A stretch of DNA of 64,000 bases from Candidatus Multivorans sp. GTDB taxonomy: Bacteria; Acidobacteriota; Thermoanaerobaculia; Multivoradales; Multivoraceae. The stretch covers positions 135,788-199,787 of the forward strand of contig OZ242167.1 in the NCBI GenBank assembly GCA_965205295.1, written 5' to 3'. Under the pieces are notes generated by a model that did not search any database, was not told where the DNA came from, and saw only the letters and a list, made by a program, of their open reading frames with translations. Shown here piece after piece: positions 36,040-48,392 of this stretch (the stretch's first letter is position 1; the number at the start of each line of letters is the position of its first letter). The translations under genes were made by a program, and so were the position numbers.

Positions 36040-37038
36040 GTGAACGCCGACGAGCCATGGCGTTGGACGCCGCTTGAGAGCATGCCTGAAGGCGCCGAGT
36101 CCTGGGCTCTGCCGGGCCAGGCGGAGCAGGAGGCGGCCTGGGCCGATCATCTCGATGCGCTCAAGCGGGATGCGGCCAGGGAGCGCTTCATGCAGGGCTG
36201 GTTGCGCGAGCGCGTGCGGGCCTTCGCCATCGAGACCGGGCAGATCGAAGGGCTCTACACGTTGCGCTACGGCGTCACCGAGCAGTTGGTGGCGGAGGGC
36301 TTCGCGGGGGTAGTGGGCGCACACACACGGGAAGCGCTTGACGACAAGACCATCCGCGGTCTGCTCGAGGACCAGGAAGCCGCCTACGACATGGCGTTCG
36401 AGGATGTCGCAAGCGGCCACGCTCTTTCGGAGCACATGGTCAAGAGCTGGCATCAGTTGCTGGCGCGCCACCAGGAGACGGTCACCGCGCTGGACCTTGC
36501 GGGCCGCCGGGTCGCCGTGCCTTTCAGGACCAAGGGGCGGTGGAAGACTCAGCCCAACAATCCGAGGCGCGCTGACGGCCAGGTTCATGAGTACTGCCCA
36601 CCGGAGCAGGTCCAGTCGGAAATGGACCGTTTCTTCGCTGTGTACGAGGGCGTGCGGAATCGCGGCTATCCGGTCAACGTGGAGGCGGCGTGGCTGCACC
36701 ATCGCTTCGTGCGCACCCATCCGTTCCAGGACGGCAACGGGCGAGTGTCCCGGCTGCTCATGGCATGGGCGTACCTGAAACGCTCCCTGCCGCCGCCAGT
36801 CATCACCGCAGAGGGAAAGCCCGCGTACCTGAACGCCTTGGAGATCGCCGACGGGGGCAACCTCAAGGCGCTTTCGGACCACATCGGCGGCCTTTTGGTT
36901 GTCTCCATGATCGGCGCCAACCAGTTGGCCCAACAGGCGCTTGCGGGCAGGCTCGACCGGCCCAACGGAAACGGCGGGCGCACGATCGGCGACCGGTACC
37001 ACTCGCCACCGGACGGCGGAGGCTCTGGCTCGGCATGA
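36040..37038 (+). CDS. fic: Fic-family protein (class II: inhibitory TxxxEG helix plus HPFxDGNGR active-site motif), putative AMPylase
   Basis: HPFQDGNGRVSRLLM, with an upstream IETGQIEG matching the [S/T]xxxE[G/N] inhibitory motif. GTG start. Its stop overlaps the ATG of the downstream SBP (ATGA). Confidence 0.8.
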   Translation: MNADEPWRWTPLESMPEGAESWALPGQAEQEAAWADHLDALKRDAARERFMQGWLRERVRAFAIETGQIEGLYTLRYGVTEQLVAEGFAGVVGAHTREALDDKTIRGLLEDQEAAYDMAFEDVASGHALSEHMVKSWHQLLARHQETVTALDLAGRRVAVPFRTKGRWKTQPNNPRRADGQVHEYCPPEQVQSEMDRFFAVYEGVRNRGYPVNVEAAWLHHRFVRTHPFQDGNGRVSRLLMAWAYLKRSLPPPVITAEGKPAYLNALEIADGGNLKALSDHIGGLLVVSMIGANQLAQQALAGRLDRPNGNGGRTIGDRYHSPPDGGGSGSA

Positions 37039-38786
37039 GATCCAAGCTCCCGCACGCGGGAATCCTCGCCGTCCTCCTGACCGCCTGCCTCGACGGGCCG
37101 GACCGCCGCTACGGCGCGGCCTCGGGCACGGACATGGGAAACGGCGGCCTGACGTCGGGTCAGGGGGCGCCCGAGGCGCCCCAGTACGGCGGCGAACTGA
37201 ACGTGGGCACGGTCTACGTGACCTTGTCGGCGCTGTCGTGGGACACGACGGACTGGAACTGGAAGCAGAACCACGACACCGGGATGTTCTACGAGCAACT
37301 CTTCGTCGGCGATCTGGACCAGGCGGCGGTCCGGGGCGGCGACCAGCGATTCGTTTCCGAGGCCTACCTGTCCCCCGAGACGATTCGCGGCGAGCTGGCC
37401 GAAAGCTGGGAGTGGGAGGACCCGCTGACGCTGGTCATCGCGTTGCGGCGCGGCGTCTACTTTGCCGACAAGCCGGGGGTCATGGCGCGGCGCGAGCTGG
37501 ACGCCCACGACGTCGTCTTCAGCTTCGAGCGCCTGCGCGACAGCCCAAAGGCGATCCCGACCTACTTCGATCACATCGACCGCGTCACAACTCGTGACGA
37601 ACACAGCGTGGTGTTCGAGTTCGGCGAGTTCAACGCCGAGTGGGACTACCGGTTCGGCTACGGCTACTTCTCAGGCATCGTGCCGCGCGAGCTGGGCGAC
37701 GTGGACCCGAAGGACTGGCACAATGTCACAGGATCCGGCCCGTTCTCGCTCGAACGGTTCATCGCGGGCAACTCCCAGACCTACGCTCGCAACCCAGACT
37801 ACTGGGACCGGACGACGATCGGCGGCGAGAGTTACGAAATCCCGTTCATCGATCGGCTCACCTACCGCACGATCAAGGACGAGGCGACGTACCTGACCGC
37901 ACTGCGCACGGGCAAGCTGGACACGCTCGAGAGCATCCGCTGGATTGCCGTCGACCACCTGAAGAAGACGACGCCGGAGCTGCGCTGGTCGCGGTGGTTG
38001 TCCACTGGCGGCAACTTCATGGTCATGCGGGTCGACCAGGCGCCGTTCGACGACCTGAGAGTGCGCCGGGCGATGAATCTGGCAATCGATCAGCGCGAGA
38101 TCGTCGACCTGTTCTTCGGTGGCAATGCCGAGTTGTTCGCCTATCCCCAGCACCCCACCTTCGAGGGCTACTACGAGCCGCTGGAGGCGATGCCGCCGTC
38201 GGTTCAGGAGCTGTTCGAGTACAAGCCCGAGAAGGCGCGCAGCCTGATCGCCGAGGCTGGCTACCCGGACGGCTTCACGTTCCGGGCGCAAGTGTCCGTC
38301 AGCAACCCCATGCGGATGGAGTTGGCGCCCCTGCTGGCGAGCTACCTGGACCGGATCGGCGTGACGATGGAGATCGAGGTGGTCGAGTACGCGGCGTACC
38401 TGTCGATGATGACCACCCGCACCCACGGTCCCGGCTACATGATGGGCAGCGGCCACGTGAACCCGACGACGACGCTGCGCAAGAACTTCGTCACCGGCCA
38501 GACCTGGAACCCGTCGATGTGGTCCGACCCGGAACTCGACCGGCGCATTCACGAGATGTTCCTGACCCGCGACGACGCCGAGAGGCAGGAGATCATCAAG
38601 CAGATCACGAAGGAGATGCTCGATGAGGCGCCCTACATCTGGCTGCCGGTGCCGTACGTCTACACTGCCTGGTGGCCGTGGGTGAAGAACTACGGCGGCG
38701 AGCTGCGCGCCGGCGCCGTGCGTCCGGGTCCGATCTACGCGCGGCTATGGATCGACGAGGAGATGAAGCGGGAGATGGGGTTTTGA
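37035..38786 (+). CDS. ABC transporter substrate-binding lipoprotein, family 5 (peptide/nickel/opine)
   Basis: MRSKLPHAGILAVLLTACLDG lipobox, 583 aa, SBP_bac_5 fold. Confidence 0.8.
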   Translation: MRSKLPHAGILAVLLTACLDGPDRRYGAASGTDMGNGGLTSGQGAPEAPQYGGELNVGTVYVTLSALSWDTTDWNWKQNHDTGMFYEQLFVGDLDQAAVRGGDQRFVSEAYLSPETIRGELAESWEWEDPLTLVIALRRGVYFADKPGVMARRELDAHDVVFSFERLRDSPKAIPTYFDHIDRVTTRDEHSVVFEFGEFNAEWDYRFGYGYFSGIVPRELGDVDPKDWHNVTGSGPFSLERFIAGNSQTYARNPDYWDRTTIGGESYEIPFIDRLTYRTIKDEATYLTALRTGKLDTLESIRWIAVDHLKKTTPELRWSRWLSTGGNFMVMRVDQAPFDDLRVRRAMNLAIDQREIVDLFFGGNAELFAYPQHPTFEGYYEPLEAMPPSVQELFEYKPEKARSLIAEAGYPDGFTFRAQVSVSNPMRMELAPLLASYLDRIGVTMEIEVVEYAAYLSMMTTRTHGPGYMMGSGHVNPTTTLRKNFVTGQTWNPSMWSDPELDRRIHEMFLTRDDAERQEIIKQITKEMLDEAPYIWLPVPYVYTAWWPWVKNYGGELRAGAVRPGPIYARLWIDEEMKREMGF

Positions 38787-38830
38787 GGGCGACTCCGTCA
38801 CCGCACGTTGGCGGAGGCGCCTGACCCGTC

Positions 38831-39826
38831 GTGAGCGAGCCGCTGCTCCGGATCGAGGATCTGACGGTCACCTTCCGCGGCGGGGACGGCGGCAGGCGGC
38901 CGCCGGTGCGCGCTGTGACCTCGCTTTCGCTTGACGTCGCGCCTGGCGAGACGCTGGCGATCGTCGGCGAGAGCGGCTCGGGCAAGAGCGTCAGCGCGCT
39001 CTCCATCCTGCGGCTGATTCCCGAGCCGGGACGGATCGAGAACGGTCGTATCCTGTTCGAGGGCCAGGACCTGCTGGCGCTCAACGACGCCGGTGTCCGG
39101 AGGGTTAGGGGCAACCGCATCGCGATGATCTTCCAGGAGCCGATGTCGTCGCTCAATCCGGTGATGACGATCGGCCGCCAGGTCGCCGAACCGTTGCGCC
39201 TGCACCGCGGGCTCAAGCGTCGCGAGGCGCTGGCGCAGGCCGTGGAGCACCTCGAGTCCGTCGCCATTCCCGATGCCGGGAAGCGGCTTGGCGACTACCC
39301 GCACCAGTTCTCGGGCGGCATGCGGCAGCGGGTCATGATCGCGATGGCGCTTGCGTGCCATCCACGGCTGCTGATCGCCGACGAGCCGACGACCGCGCTC
39401 GACGTGACGGTGCAGGCGCAGATTCTGGAGCTGCTCAAGGAGCGCACCCGGGAGGCGGATTCGGCGCTCATCCTGATCACCCACGATCTCGGCGTGGTCG
39501 CGCGGTATGCCGACCGGGTGGCGGTCATGTATGGCGGCCGGATCGTGGAGAGCGGCCCCGCGGCCGCGCTCTATGCCGACCCCCGTCACCCCTACACTCA
39601 GGGGCTGCTGCGCTCCGTTCCCCGGCTTGAGGGTGATTGCGGCGCGCGCCTGGACTCGATCGAGGGACAGCCGCCGGACCTCGCTGCGCTTCCCGCGGGT
39701 TGCGCCTTTGCCCCGCGCTGTCCGTACACGCACGAGCGGTGCCTGGTGGCGCCGCCGCCGCTCGACGCCGTGGCGGGCGGGCGGGCCAGGGCGTGCTACG
39801 GCTACGAAGGGGAGCCGGCGCCGTGA
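38831..39826 (+). CDS. ABC transporter ATP-binding protein, DppD/OppD type
   Basis: Walker A GESGSGKS, signature FSGGMRQR, and the C-terminal oligopeptide-transporter extension. Confidence 0.85.
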   Translation: MSEPLLRIEDLTVTFRGGDGGRRPPVRAVTSLSLDVAPGETLAIVGESGSGKSVSALSILRLIPEPGRIENGRILFEGQDLLALNDAGVRRVRGNRIAMIFQEPMSSLNPVMTIGRQVAEPLRLHRGLKRREALAQAVEHLESVAIPDAGKRLGDYPHQFSGGMRQRVMIAMALACHPRLLIADEPTTALDVTVQAQILELLKERTREADSALILITHDLGVVARYADRVAVMYGGRIVESGPAAALYADPRHPYTQGLLRSVPRLEGDCGARLDSIEGQPPDLAALPAGCAFAPRCPYTHERCLVAPPPLDAVAGGRARACYGYEGEPAP

Positions 39827-40914
39827 CGGACGCGGGCCCGAGTCCGGTGGGGGAGACGGTCACGGAGTTCGTCGCCGGCGCCGAGGGCAGTGCGGCAGCG
39901 GTCTCCGGCCGCCGGGTGCTGCTCCGGGTCGAGGATCTGAAGGTCCACTTCCCGGTCACGGAAGGCGTGCTGATGCGACGCCTCGTCGGCTCCGTCAAGG
40001 CAGTCGACGGTGTGTCCTTCGAACTCCGGCGCGGCGAGACGTTCGGCCTGGTGGGGGAGAGCGGCTGCGGCAAATCGACCACGGCGATGGCGATCCTGCG
40101 CATGCTCGAGCCGACAGCCGGCCGCATCGTCTTCGACGGCATGGATCTCTCCCAGGCCAATCAGCGTCAGCTCCGGCCGATTCGGCGCCGGATGCAGATG
40201 GTGTTCCAGGATCCCTTCGGCTCGCTCAATCCGCGCATGCGGGTTCGCGAGATCGTCGGCGAACCGCTCAAGGTTCACGGGCTGGCGGGGAATCGCCGGC
40301 GTTACCGGGAACGGGTCGCGGAGTTGCTCGATCTGGTCGGCCTGCTGCCGGCGATGGGCGATCGCTACCCGCACCAGTTCTCGGGCGGCCAGCGGCAGCG
40401 GATCGGCATCGCACGCGCCCTGGCGCTCGAGCCCGATCTGCTGATCTGCGACGAGGCGGTGTCGGCCCTCGACGTCTCGATCCAGGCCCAGGTGCTCAAC
40501 CTGTTGATGGACCTGCAGGAGCAGCTCAGCCTGACCTACCTGTTCATCGCACACGACCTGTCGGTGGTGCGTCACATCAGCGACAGGGTCGGAGTGATGT
40601 ACCTGGGCCGGATCGTCGAGGTCGCCGACCGGGACGAGCTGTTCGAGCGGCCGCGACACCCGTACACCGAGGCGTTGCTTGCGTCCGTGCCGACGCCCGA
40701 TCCGGTCATCGAAGCGGCGAGGCCCCACCGGTTCGTTGGCGGCGAGGCGCCGAGCGTCCGCAAACCGCCGCCGGGCTGTCCGTTCCATCCCCGCTGCCCG
40801 AAGGCGCTCGACGAGTGCAGCCGGGTGCGGCCGACCCTGGAAGCCGTGGGCGGTGCTCAGGTGGCCTGCCACCTCTATCCGGGATCCGACAGGCCCCAGA
40901 ACGGCGCCGGGTGA
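39823..40914 (+). CDS. ABC transporter ATP-binding protein, DppF/OppF type
   Basis: A GTG start overlaps the preceding stop (GTGA). Walker [10 protein letters not shown] and signature FSGGQRQR. Confidence 0.85.
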   Translation: MTDAGPSPVGETVTEFVAGAEGSAAAVSGRRVLLRVEDLKVHFPVTEGVLMRRLVGSVKAVDGVSFELRRGETFGLVGESGCGKSTTAMAILRMLEPTAGRIVFDGMDLSQANQRQLRPIRRRMQMVFQDPFGSLNPRMRVREIVGEPLKVHGLAGNRRRYRERVAELLDLVGLLPAMGDRYPHQFSGGQRQRIGIARALALEPDLLICDEAVSALDVSIQAQVLNLLMDLQEQLSLTYLFIAHDLSVVRHISDRVGVMYLGRIVEVADRDELFERPRHPYTEALLASVPTPDPVIEAARPHRFVGGEAPSVRKPPPGCPFHPRCPKALDECSRVRPTLEAVGGAQVACHLYPGSDRPQNGAG

Positions 40915-40972
40915 GGTTCTGCGGTCTCTGAGTATCCAGCGGATCTTCCGGCCCAGCTTCTACGGCTGGCAC

Positions 40973-42196
40973 ATGGCCGGTGTCGGATTCCTGATTTATG
41001 GTCTGGGGATCGCCCCGGCCTACTACAGTTGGGGGTTCTTCGCGCCCGCTGTGATCGCGGAACTCGGTCTGTCTCGCCAGCAGATCGGCCAGATGTTCGG
41101 CGCCTTCACCCTGGTCATGGCGTTGGCCGGTCCGGTGGCGGCCTTTGTCATCCGTCGCTTCGGCGTACGCGCTGCGGTGACCGGCGGCGCGCTGGTCGCG
41201 GCGGCCGGTTTCTGGATGGTGAGCCGGGCCGAATCGGCGATGGAGTTCTACCTCGGCTTCTCGCTCGTCGGAGGCATCGGCATCGGCCTCTCGACCGTGC
41301 TGCCGGCTCAGGCGCTGGCCGTGTTCTGGTTTCGGAGGTACCGCGCTCGTGCCACTGCCGTCATCCTGCTGGGTGCGGGAGTCGTCGGCGGTTTGGTGAC
41401 GCCGGTCGACGCCGTCATTCTGCGTCACTGGAACTGGCGTACCGGTTGGCAGATCATCGCCGGCATCTCGGTGTTGGTCGCCTTGGTGGCGGCGGCCCTG
41501 ATCCGGAATCGACCGAGCGACCTGGGCCAGCGGCGTGACGGTCTGGCGCCCGCCGACCGAGAGGAGGCGGAGGACCCGAAACCTCCTGAAGCCGCGGCCG
41601 GATTCGGTGTCGTGGCTCGGGCGGTCTGGACGCCCCACTTCTGGATCGCCGGTTTCGCGGCGGGGGCGAACACGATCTCCTGGCGTGTGATGAGTGCACA
41701 CGGCGCCCTTCACCTGGAGGATCTCGGCTTTGCCTCGACGGCGGCGGGGGCGATTCTGGGTGTCCGGGTCGGCGCCAGCTCCTTCGGCCGGTTGAGCGGC
41801 GCCCTGGGAGACTTCATGGCGCCGACCCGGGTGCTGGCGCTCGCCACGGTGCTTCACGGGGTTGGACTGGCGGTTCTGGCCACGGCCGATTCGGCCCTGG
41901 TCGCCTATCCCTGCGTCTTCGCGTTGGGAGTTGCCTACGGCGCCGCCTACACGAGTGCCGCGGTCGTGTTCGCCGAGTTCTTCGGGCGCGGCGCCTTCGT
42001 CGGCACCGTCGGCGTGAAGATAGCCATCACGGGCGTCCTGGGTTACCTGGCGCCGACCCTGGCGGGCGCGGCTGCCGACCGCACGGGGTCGTACGCCGGC
42101 ACGCTGTGGATCCTGGCTGGTCTTGGACTGCTGGGGGGCGTGGCGATCTGGTTCTGCCGGCCGCCGGACCGCTCGCTGTTTGCGCCCCGGTCGTAG
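40973..42196 (+). CDS. MFS transporter
   Basis: 12 predicted TM helices and a central hydrophilic loop. The first in-frame ATG is at 40973. Confidence 0.7.
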   Translation: MAGVGFLIYGLGIAPAYYSWGFFAPAVIAELGLSRQQIGQMFGAFTLVMALAGPVAAFVIRRFGVRAAVTGGALVAAAGFWMVSRAESAMEFYLGFSLVGGIGIGLSTVLPAQALAVFWFRRYRARATAVILLGAGVVGGLVTPVDAVILRHWNWRTGWQIIAGISVLVALVAAALIRNRPSDLGQRRDGLAPADREEAEDPKPPEAAAGFGVVARAVWTPHFWIAGFAAGANTISWRVMSAHGALHLEDLGFASTAAGAILGVRVGASSFGRLSGALGDFMAPTRVLALATVLHGVGLAVLATADSALVAYPCVFALGVAYGAAYTSAAVVFAEFFGRGAFVGTVGVKIAITGVLGYLAPTLAGAAADRTGSYAGTLWILAGLGLLGGVAIWFCRPPDRSLFAPRS

Positions 42197-42241
42197 GCGG
42201 GTCGATACACTGGCGGAGCAGTCTTCCGGGGAGGAACTCGC

Positions 42242-43333
42242 ATGGGCAAGCACACGGCCTCGATCGCGGCCTTCATCGTTGCCGGGCTGGCTTCGGCCGC
42301 GCTCTCGGCGCAGGACGGTTCAGCGGAGCTTGAACGAACCGCCTGGGGCGCCCCGGACCTGCGGGGAGTCTGGGACTTCCGCACGATCACGCCGCTCGAG
42401 CGCCCCGAGGAGTTCGGCGAGCGGGAGCATCTCAGCGCGGAGGAGGCCAGCAACTTCGAAGAGCAGACGCTGGCGCGGCGCAACAAGGATCGACGAACCG
42501 ACGATGGCCTGTCCGCGCAGGCCGACGTGGCGAACGCCTACAACCAGTTCTGGTGGGACTACGGCGACAAGCTGACGGACGACCGGCGGACATCGCTGAT
42601 CGTCGATCCGCCCGACGGCCGGATTCCCGAGTTGACCGAGGCCGCGAAGGGCCGGATCGCCCAGCGAACCGAGGCGCGGCGACGGCCGGCGCACGGTCCC
42701 GAAGACCGCGGCGTTGCCGAACGCTGCATCCTGGGGTTCAACGCGGGACCGCCGATGAGCCCCAGCGCCTACAACAACAACGTCCAGATCTTCCAGACCG
42801 AACACACGGTCGTGCTGCTGGTCGAGATGGTTCACGACTCTCGGATCGTGCCCCTCGACGGGCGCGCACCGCTGCCGGAGGATGTCCGCCAGTGGCGGGG
42901 TGACTCGCGGGGGCACTGGGAGGGCGGCACCCTGGTGGTCGTGACGACGAACTTCACCGACCAGACCAGCTTCCGGGGTTCCGGCGCGAACATGCGTCTG
43001 ACCGAGCGGTTCACCCGGGTGGAGGAGGATCGGCTGGTCTACGAGTACACGATCGACGACCCGGAGTCGTTTGCGCGTCCGTGGACCGCCGTCGTGCCGA
43101 TGACGAGAAACCCGTTGCCGATGTTCGAGTACGCGTGCCACGAAGGCAACTACGGCATGTACAACCTGCTCTCGGGCGCCCGCGCTGAGGATGCCGAGGC
43201 GGCCGCCAGGGCGGCGGAAACTTCGGGCGGCGCCATCCATGCGCCCGATGACGGGCGCACGGACTGGTTCACGGTGGCGCGGATCGCGCCACTCGGGTTG
43301 ACGCCGGCCGAAGCGCGGCAAGCGTTCCCTTGA
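42242..43333 (+). CDS. secreted protein of the uncharacterised EYACHEGNY family (paralog 2 of 3)
   Basis: GGGGAGGA RBS and a signal peptide. Motifs DPPDGRIP, WRGDSRGHWEGGTLVVVTTN and FEYACHEGNYG are shared with 24516..25535 and 62722..63759. Confidence 0.75.
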   Translation: MGKHTASIAAFIVAGLASAALSAQDGSAELERTAWGAPDLRGVWDFRTITPLERPEEFGEREHLSAEEASNFEEQTLARRNKDRRTDDGLSAQADVANAYNQFWWDYGDKLTDDRRTSLIVDPPDGRIPELTEAAKGRIAQRTEARRRPAHGPEDRGVAERCILGFNAGPPMSPSAYNNNVQIFQTEHTVVLLVEMVHDSRIVPLDGRAPLPEDVRQWRGDSRGHWEGGTLVVVTTNFTDQTSFRGSGANMRLTERFTRVEEDRLVYEYTIDDPESFARPWTAVVPMTRNPLPMFEYACHEGNYGMYNLLSGARAEDAEAAARAAETSGGAIHAPDDGRTDWFTVARIAPLGLTPAEARQAFP

Positions 43334-44193
43334 CCATCGCCACTGTCGGTCTGCTCCATCCCGGAGCGATGGGGGTCACCGTCGGCGCTTCCGTGGCGGC
43401 GTCTGTGCGGGTCGTGTGGGCGTCCGAGGGACGAAGCCGTGAGACTCGTGCCCGGGCCGAAGGCGCCGGCTTCGAGGACCTGGAGACGCTCGTTGCGGCG
43501 ACCGCGGCGGCCGACGCGGTGGTGTCGGTCTGCCCGCCGCACGCCGCCTTGGCGCTCGCCGAGGCGGTCGCCGCCACCGGCTTCGACGGCCTGTACGTCG
43601 ATGCGAACGCGGTGTCGCCTGCCACCGCACTCGAGATCGCAGGGGCCGCCACGGCGGGAGGCGCGCGCTTCGTGGACGGCGGCATCGTCGGCCCGCCCGC
43701 GGTTCGGCCCGGCACCACGCGGCTCTATCTCTCCGGCGACGGTGCGCCGGAGACGGCGGCCTTGTTCGCCGGTTCCGCGCTCGAGGCGGTCGACCTCGAG
43801 GCGAAGGTCGGCGCCGCCTCGGCGCTCAAGATGTGCTACGCCGGCTTCACCAAGGGCAGTTCGGCGCTACTCCTGGCCCTGCGCGCCGCGGCACGCGCCT
43901 ACGGCGTCGAGGACGGTCTGCTCGGTGAGTGGGCCCGGTCTCAGCCGGGATTGGAGCAACGAAGTGTGAGGTCGGCGTCGGCGACGGCCCCGAAGGCATG
44001 GCGCTTTGCCGGCGAGATGGAGGAGATCGCCGACACGATGGCGGCGGCTGGTCTGCCCGAGGGCTTCCACCGGGCCGCGGCTGAGGCCTACCGCCGGCTG
44101 GCCGAGTTTCGCGGCGAGCCGGAGAGCGTGCCGGTGGAGGATGTGATTGCCGCCCTGTTGGATGGCGGCCCTACTCTGGGAGGCGGCTGCTGA
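43330..44193 (+). CDS. NAD(P)-binding oxidoreductase-like protein (6-phosphogluconate-dehydrogenase-type Rossmann domain plus DUF1932-like C-terminus)
   Basis: A TTG start overlaps the preceding stop. N-terminal beta-alpha-beta TVGLLHPGAMG. 287 aa. Confidence 0.5.
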   Translation: MTIATVGLLHPGAMGVTVGASVAASVRVVWASEGRSRETRARAEGAGFEDLETLVAATAAADAVVSVCPPHAALALAEAVAATGFDGLYVDANAVSPATALEIAGAATAGGARFVDGGIVGPPAVRPGTTRLYLSGDGAPETAALFAGSALEAVDLEAKVGAASALKMCYAGFTKGSSALLLALRAAARAYGVEDGLLGEWARSQPGLEQRSVRSASATAPKAWRFAGEMEEIADTMAAAGLPEGFHRAAAEAYRRLAEFRGEPESVPVEDVIAALLDGGPTLGGGC

Positions 44194-44484
44194 ACTGAGC
44201 GAGGAGACTGCGCGGCAGAAACCGGGTGCGACGGCGTCCCCGCCGGCATCCGGCGTGAAGCGCCGGATGCCGGAAGTTCTGCCCCGCCAGGGCGACGGCG
44301 TCGTGTCCGCTGGTCGCCGTGAATTGTCCGTTAGTGGACGCTACGGGTCCGGTGAAATTGACCTCAGGTTCACTAGCCTTACTGCGTGCAGCGAACCGGA
44401 AGCCCGGAGACGCTGAGCAGTCGGGGTGCGGCGATCCACGGGATCTTCGTACCAGTTGAAACGATGCCCCACGTCGAGGGATCA

Positions 44485-45165
44485 ATGTCTGTAAGTAGAG
44501 AAGGGGCGTCCGGCGGTCACCCCGGATTCCCATCGAGTGAGCTTCAGGGGTTGGTCAGCGCCCTGGTCGATCAGACGCTTGTGGGTCTGGTCTGTCTTGA
44601 CGGTCGCGGAGTGATCGTCGAATCGAACGCTCGCGCGCGGCAGGTACTTGGTGCGGACGGTGGTCTCCGCGAACGGAATGGACGGCTGGGTACTCATCGC
44701 CTCGACGACGCTGCGGTCTTCGAGCGTTTGCTGCAGGCCGCGCTCGATGGGTCAGCCGTTCCCGGGGTCGGCGCTTCGGCCGTTCTGGGTGCGTGGCCGG
44801 GCCAGCGACCGCTGACCGTTCATGTCAACCCGGTGCCTCCTGTTCAGGATGGCGGCTCGAGCGTTGCGGCTCTTGTGACGATCGTCGATCCGTGGGTCAT
44901 GATTCCGGTGGATCCGGAACAGGTCGGCATCTCCCTGGGCCTGACACCTGCGGAGAGCGGTGTCGCGGCGTGGCTGGCCGAGGGAAGTACGGTAGGCGAG
45001 ATTGCCAAAGCTACAGGCCGGTCTCCTCAAACGGTCCGCTGGCTGGTCAAGCGGGCGCTGGCCAAGACCTGGTGCCGCAGGCAGGCCGATCTGGTCCGGT
45101 TGGTTCTTTCGACCTCCCGGTTGCCGGTTCCCCAACCGGTTCCCCAGCTTGCACAGCCGGAGTGA
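44485..45165 (+). CDS. LuxR/GerE-family transcriptional regulator with an N-terminal PAS-like sensor domain (copy 1 of tandem pair)
   Basis: C-terminal HTH LTPAESGVAAWLAEGSTVGEIAKATGRSPQTVRWLVKRALAKT. The start was chosen by alignment with copy 2 (MSVSRE...), with GAGGGA RBS. Alternative ATGs lie at 44386 and 44464. Confidence 0.7.
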   Translation: MSVSREGASGGHPGFPSSELQGLVSALVDQTLVGLVCLDGRGVIVESNARARQVLGADGGLRERNGRLGTHRLDDAAVFERLLQAALDGSAVPGVGASAVLGAWPGQRPLTVHVNPVPPVQDGGSSVAALVTIVDPWVMIPVDPEQVGISLGLTPAESGVAAWLAEGSTVGEIAKATGRSPQTVRWLVKRALAKTWCRRQADLVRLVLSTSRLPVPQPVPQLAQPE

Positions 45166-45420
45166 ATGCGCGGCCGACCGCAGCGCGTCGTGAGCGGTGT
45201 CAGGCGCTAGACGGCGGGAACAGTTTTCCGCCGGACCGTCCGACTTGTCCCTCCCATTTTAGGGGGTTCATCGGGGTGTTGCCGTACTCTTGTGAAAATT
45301 TTAAGTTCTCTGTCAAGCGCGACAGATCGGAACCGTCGGTTGATGGGTCCCTGCCCTGCGTTCGCGAAAGGCGGGCGCCGACTCCTATGGCCTCCCGCTT
45401 GACCTGACAAGCCCCGATTG

Positions 45421-46098
45421 ATGTCTGTTGCAAGGCATGGCTCCTCTTCTGGTGAGCCTCATCCAGGCCCCGGCAAGTTGAAAGGTGTAGTGGGCACATT
45501 GGTCGACCAGGACCTGGTCGGGTTGATCTGCCTCGACCGTAAGGGTGCGGTCGTCGAGTCCAACGCCCGCGGCCGCGACGTGCTGCTGGCGGACGGGGGA
45601 CTCCGCGAACGGAACGGCCGGCTGGCTGCGCATCGCTTCCAGGACGCCGAAGCCTTCGAGGACCTCCTGGCCGCCGCGCTCAGCGGAACGGACGAGCCAC
45701 CGCACGCGTCAGTAGCGGTCCTCGGTGCGTGGCCCGATCAGCGTCCTCTGACCGCTTGGATCAATCCGGTAGCGGGGAGCCCCGACTGCAGCCCGCGGAT
45801 TGCGGCGCTGGTGGTGGTCGTCGACCCGTGGCAAGCGACTCCGGTGAATGCGGAACAGATTGCGAGATCTCTCGGACTGACGCCCGCCGAGAGCCGCGTC
45901 GCGGCCGCCCTGGCCGAAGGCAAGACAGTGGCCGACATCGCGCGGACCACGAATCGGAAGCCCGAGTCGGTGCGTCAACTGGTCAAGCAGGCCCTCTCCA
46001 AGACCTGGTGCTCCAGACAGGCTGAACTCGTTCGCGTGGTTCTGGCGACCTCGAGGCTGCCGGTTCCGGCGCCAGGGAAGCCGCAGGCGAGCGACTAG
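45421..46098 (+). CDS. LuxR/GerE-family transcriptional regulator with an N-terminal PAS-like domain (copy 2)
   Basis: The HTH LTPAESRVAAALAEGKTVADIARTTNRKPESVRQLVKQALSKT is a close paralog of the upstream gene. Confidence 0.7.
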   Translation: MSVARHGSSSGEPHPGPGKLKGVVGTLVDQDLVGLICLDRKGAVVESNARGRDVLLADGGLRERNGRLAAHRFQDAEAFEDLLAAALSGTDEPPHASVAVLGAWPDQRPLTAWINPVAGSPDCSPRIAALVVVVDPWQATPVNAEQIARSLGLTPAESRVAAALAEGKTVADIARTTNRKPESVRQLVKQALSKTWCSRQAELVRVVLATSRLPVPAPGKPQASD

Positions 46099-46125
46099 GC
46101 GCCGCGGCGCACCACGGGCGAAATG

Positions 46126-46158
46126 AAAAAGGGCGACCCCGGAGGGTCGCCCTTGATT
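46126..46158 (-). terminator. rho-independent terminator (9-bp GC stem gggcgaccc / gggtcgccc, 4-nt loop) followed by TTTTTCATTT on the minus strand; terminates groESL and may also act for the convergent LuxR gene
   Basis: An A5 tract lies 5' and ttgatt 3' of the stem on the plus strand; on the minus strand there is a T5 tract. Located between the LuxR stop (46098) and the groL stop (46262). Confidence 0.65.
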
Positions 46159-46261
46159 CGTTCAGCAGAGCCCGGGTGGCGCGAACCGCGTCACCCGTGA
46201 ACCAGTCCGAGCGTCCGTCATCGGGCGCTCGGATGGAACGACGACCTGGAAGGTCAGACGG

Positions 46262-48227
<1,966 letters not shown>

Positions 48228-48365
48228 CAGTACTCTCCTCCTTCTTGCTTGGTCTTGCTTGGTGTTCAACATGGAAGTCGTTCGGACCATTCGGGGCCCC
48301 GCCCGCCCGTGGCGTTCGTGGCTGCCGTGTTCTTCCCGCTTCCCGGCCATTCGGCAGGAGTGCTG

Positions 48366-48392
48366 TTAGCACTCAAGCCGGACGAGTGCTAA
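48366..48392. promoter_or_regulatory. CIRCE operator (HrcA binding site) TTAGCACTC-N9-GAGTGCTAA upstream of groES
   Basis: Exact match to the CIRCE consensus at 48366-48392, about 140 nt upstream of the groES start. Confidence 0.9.
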
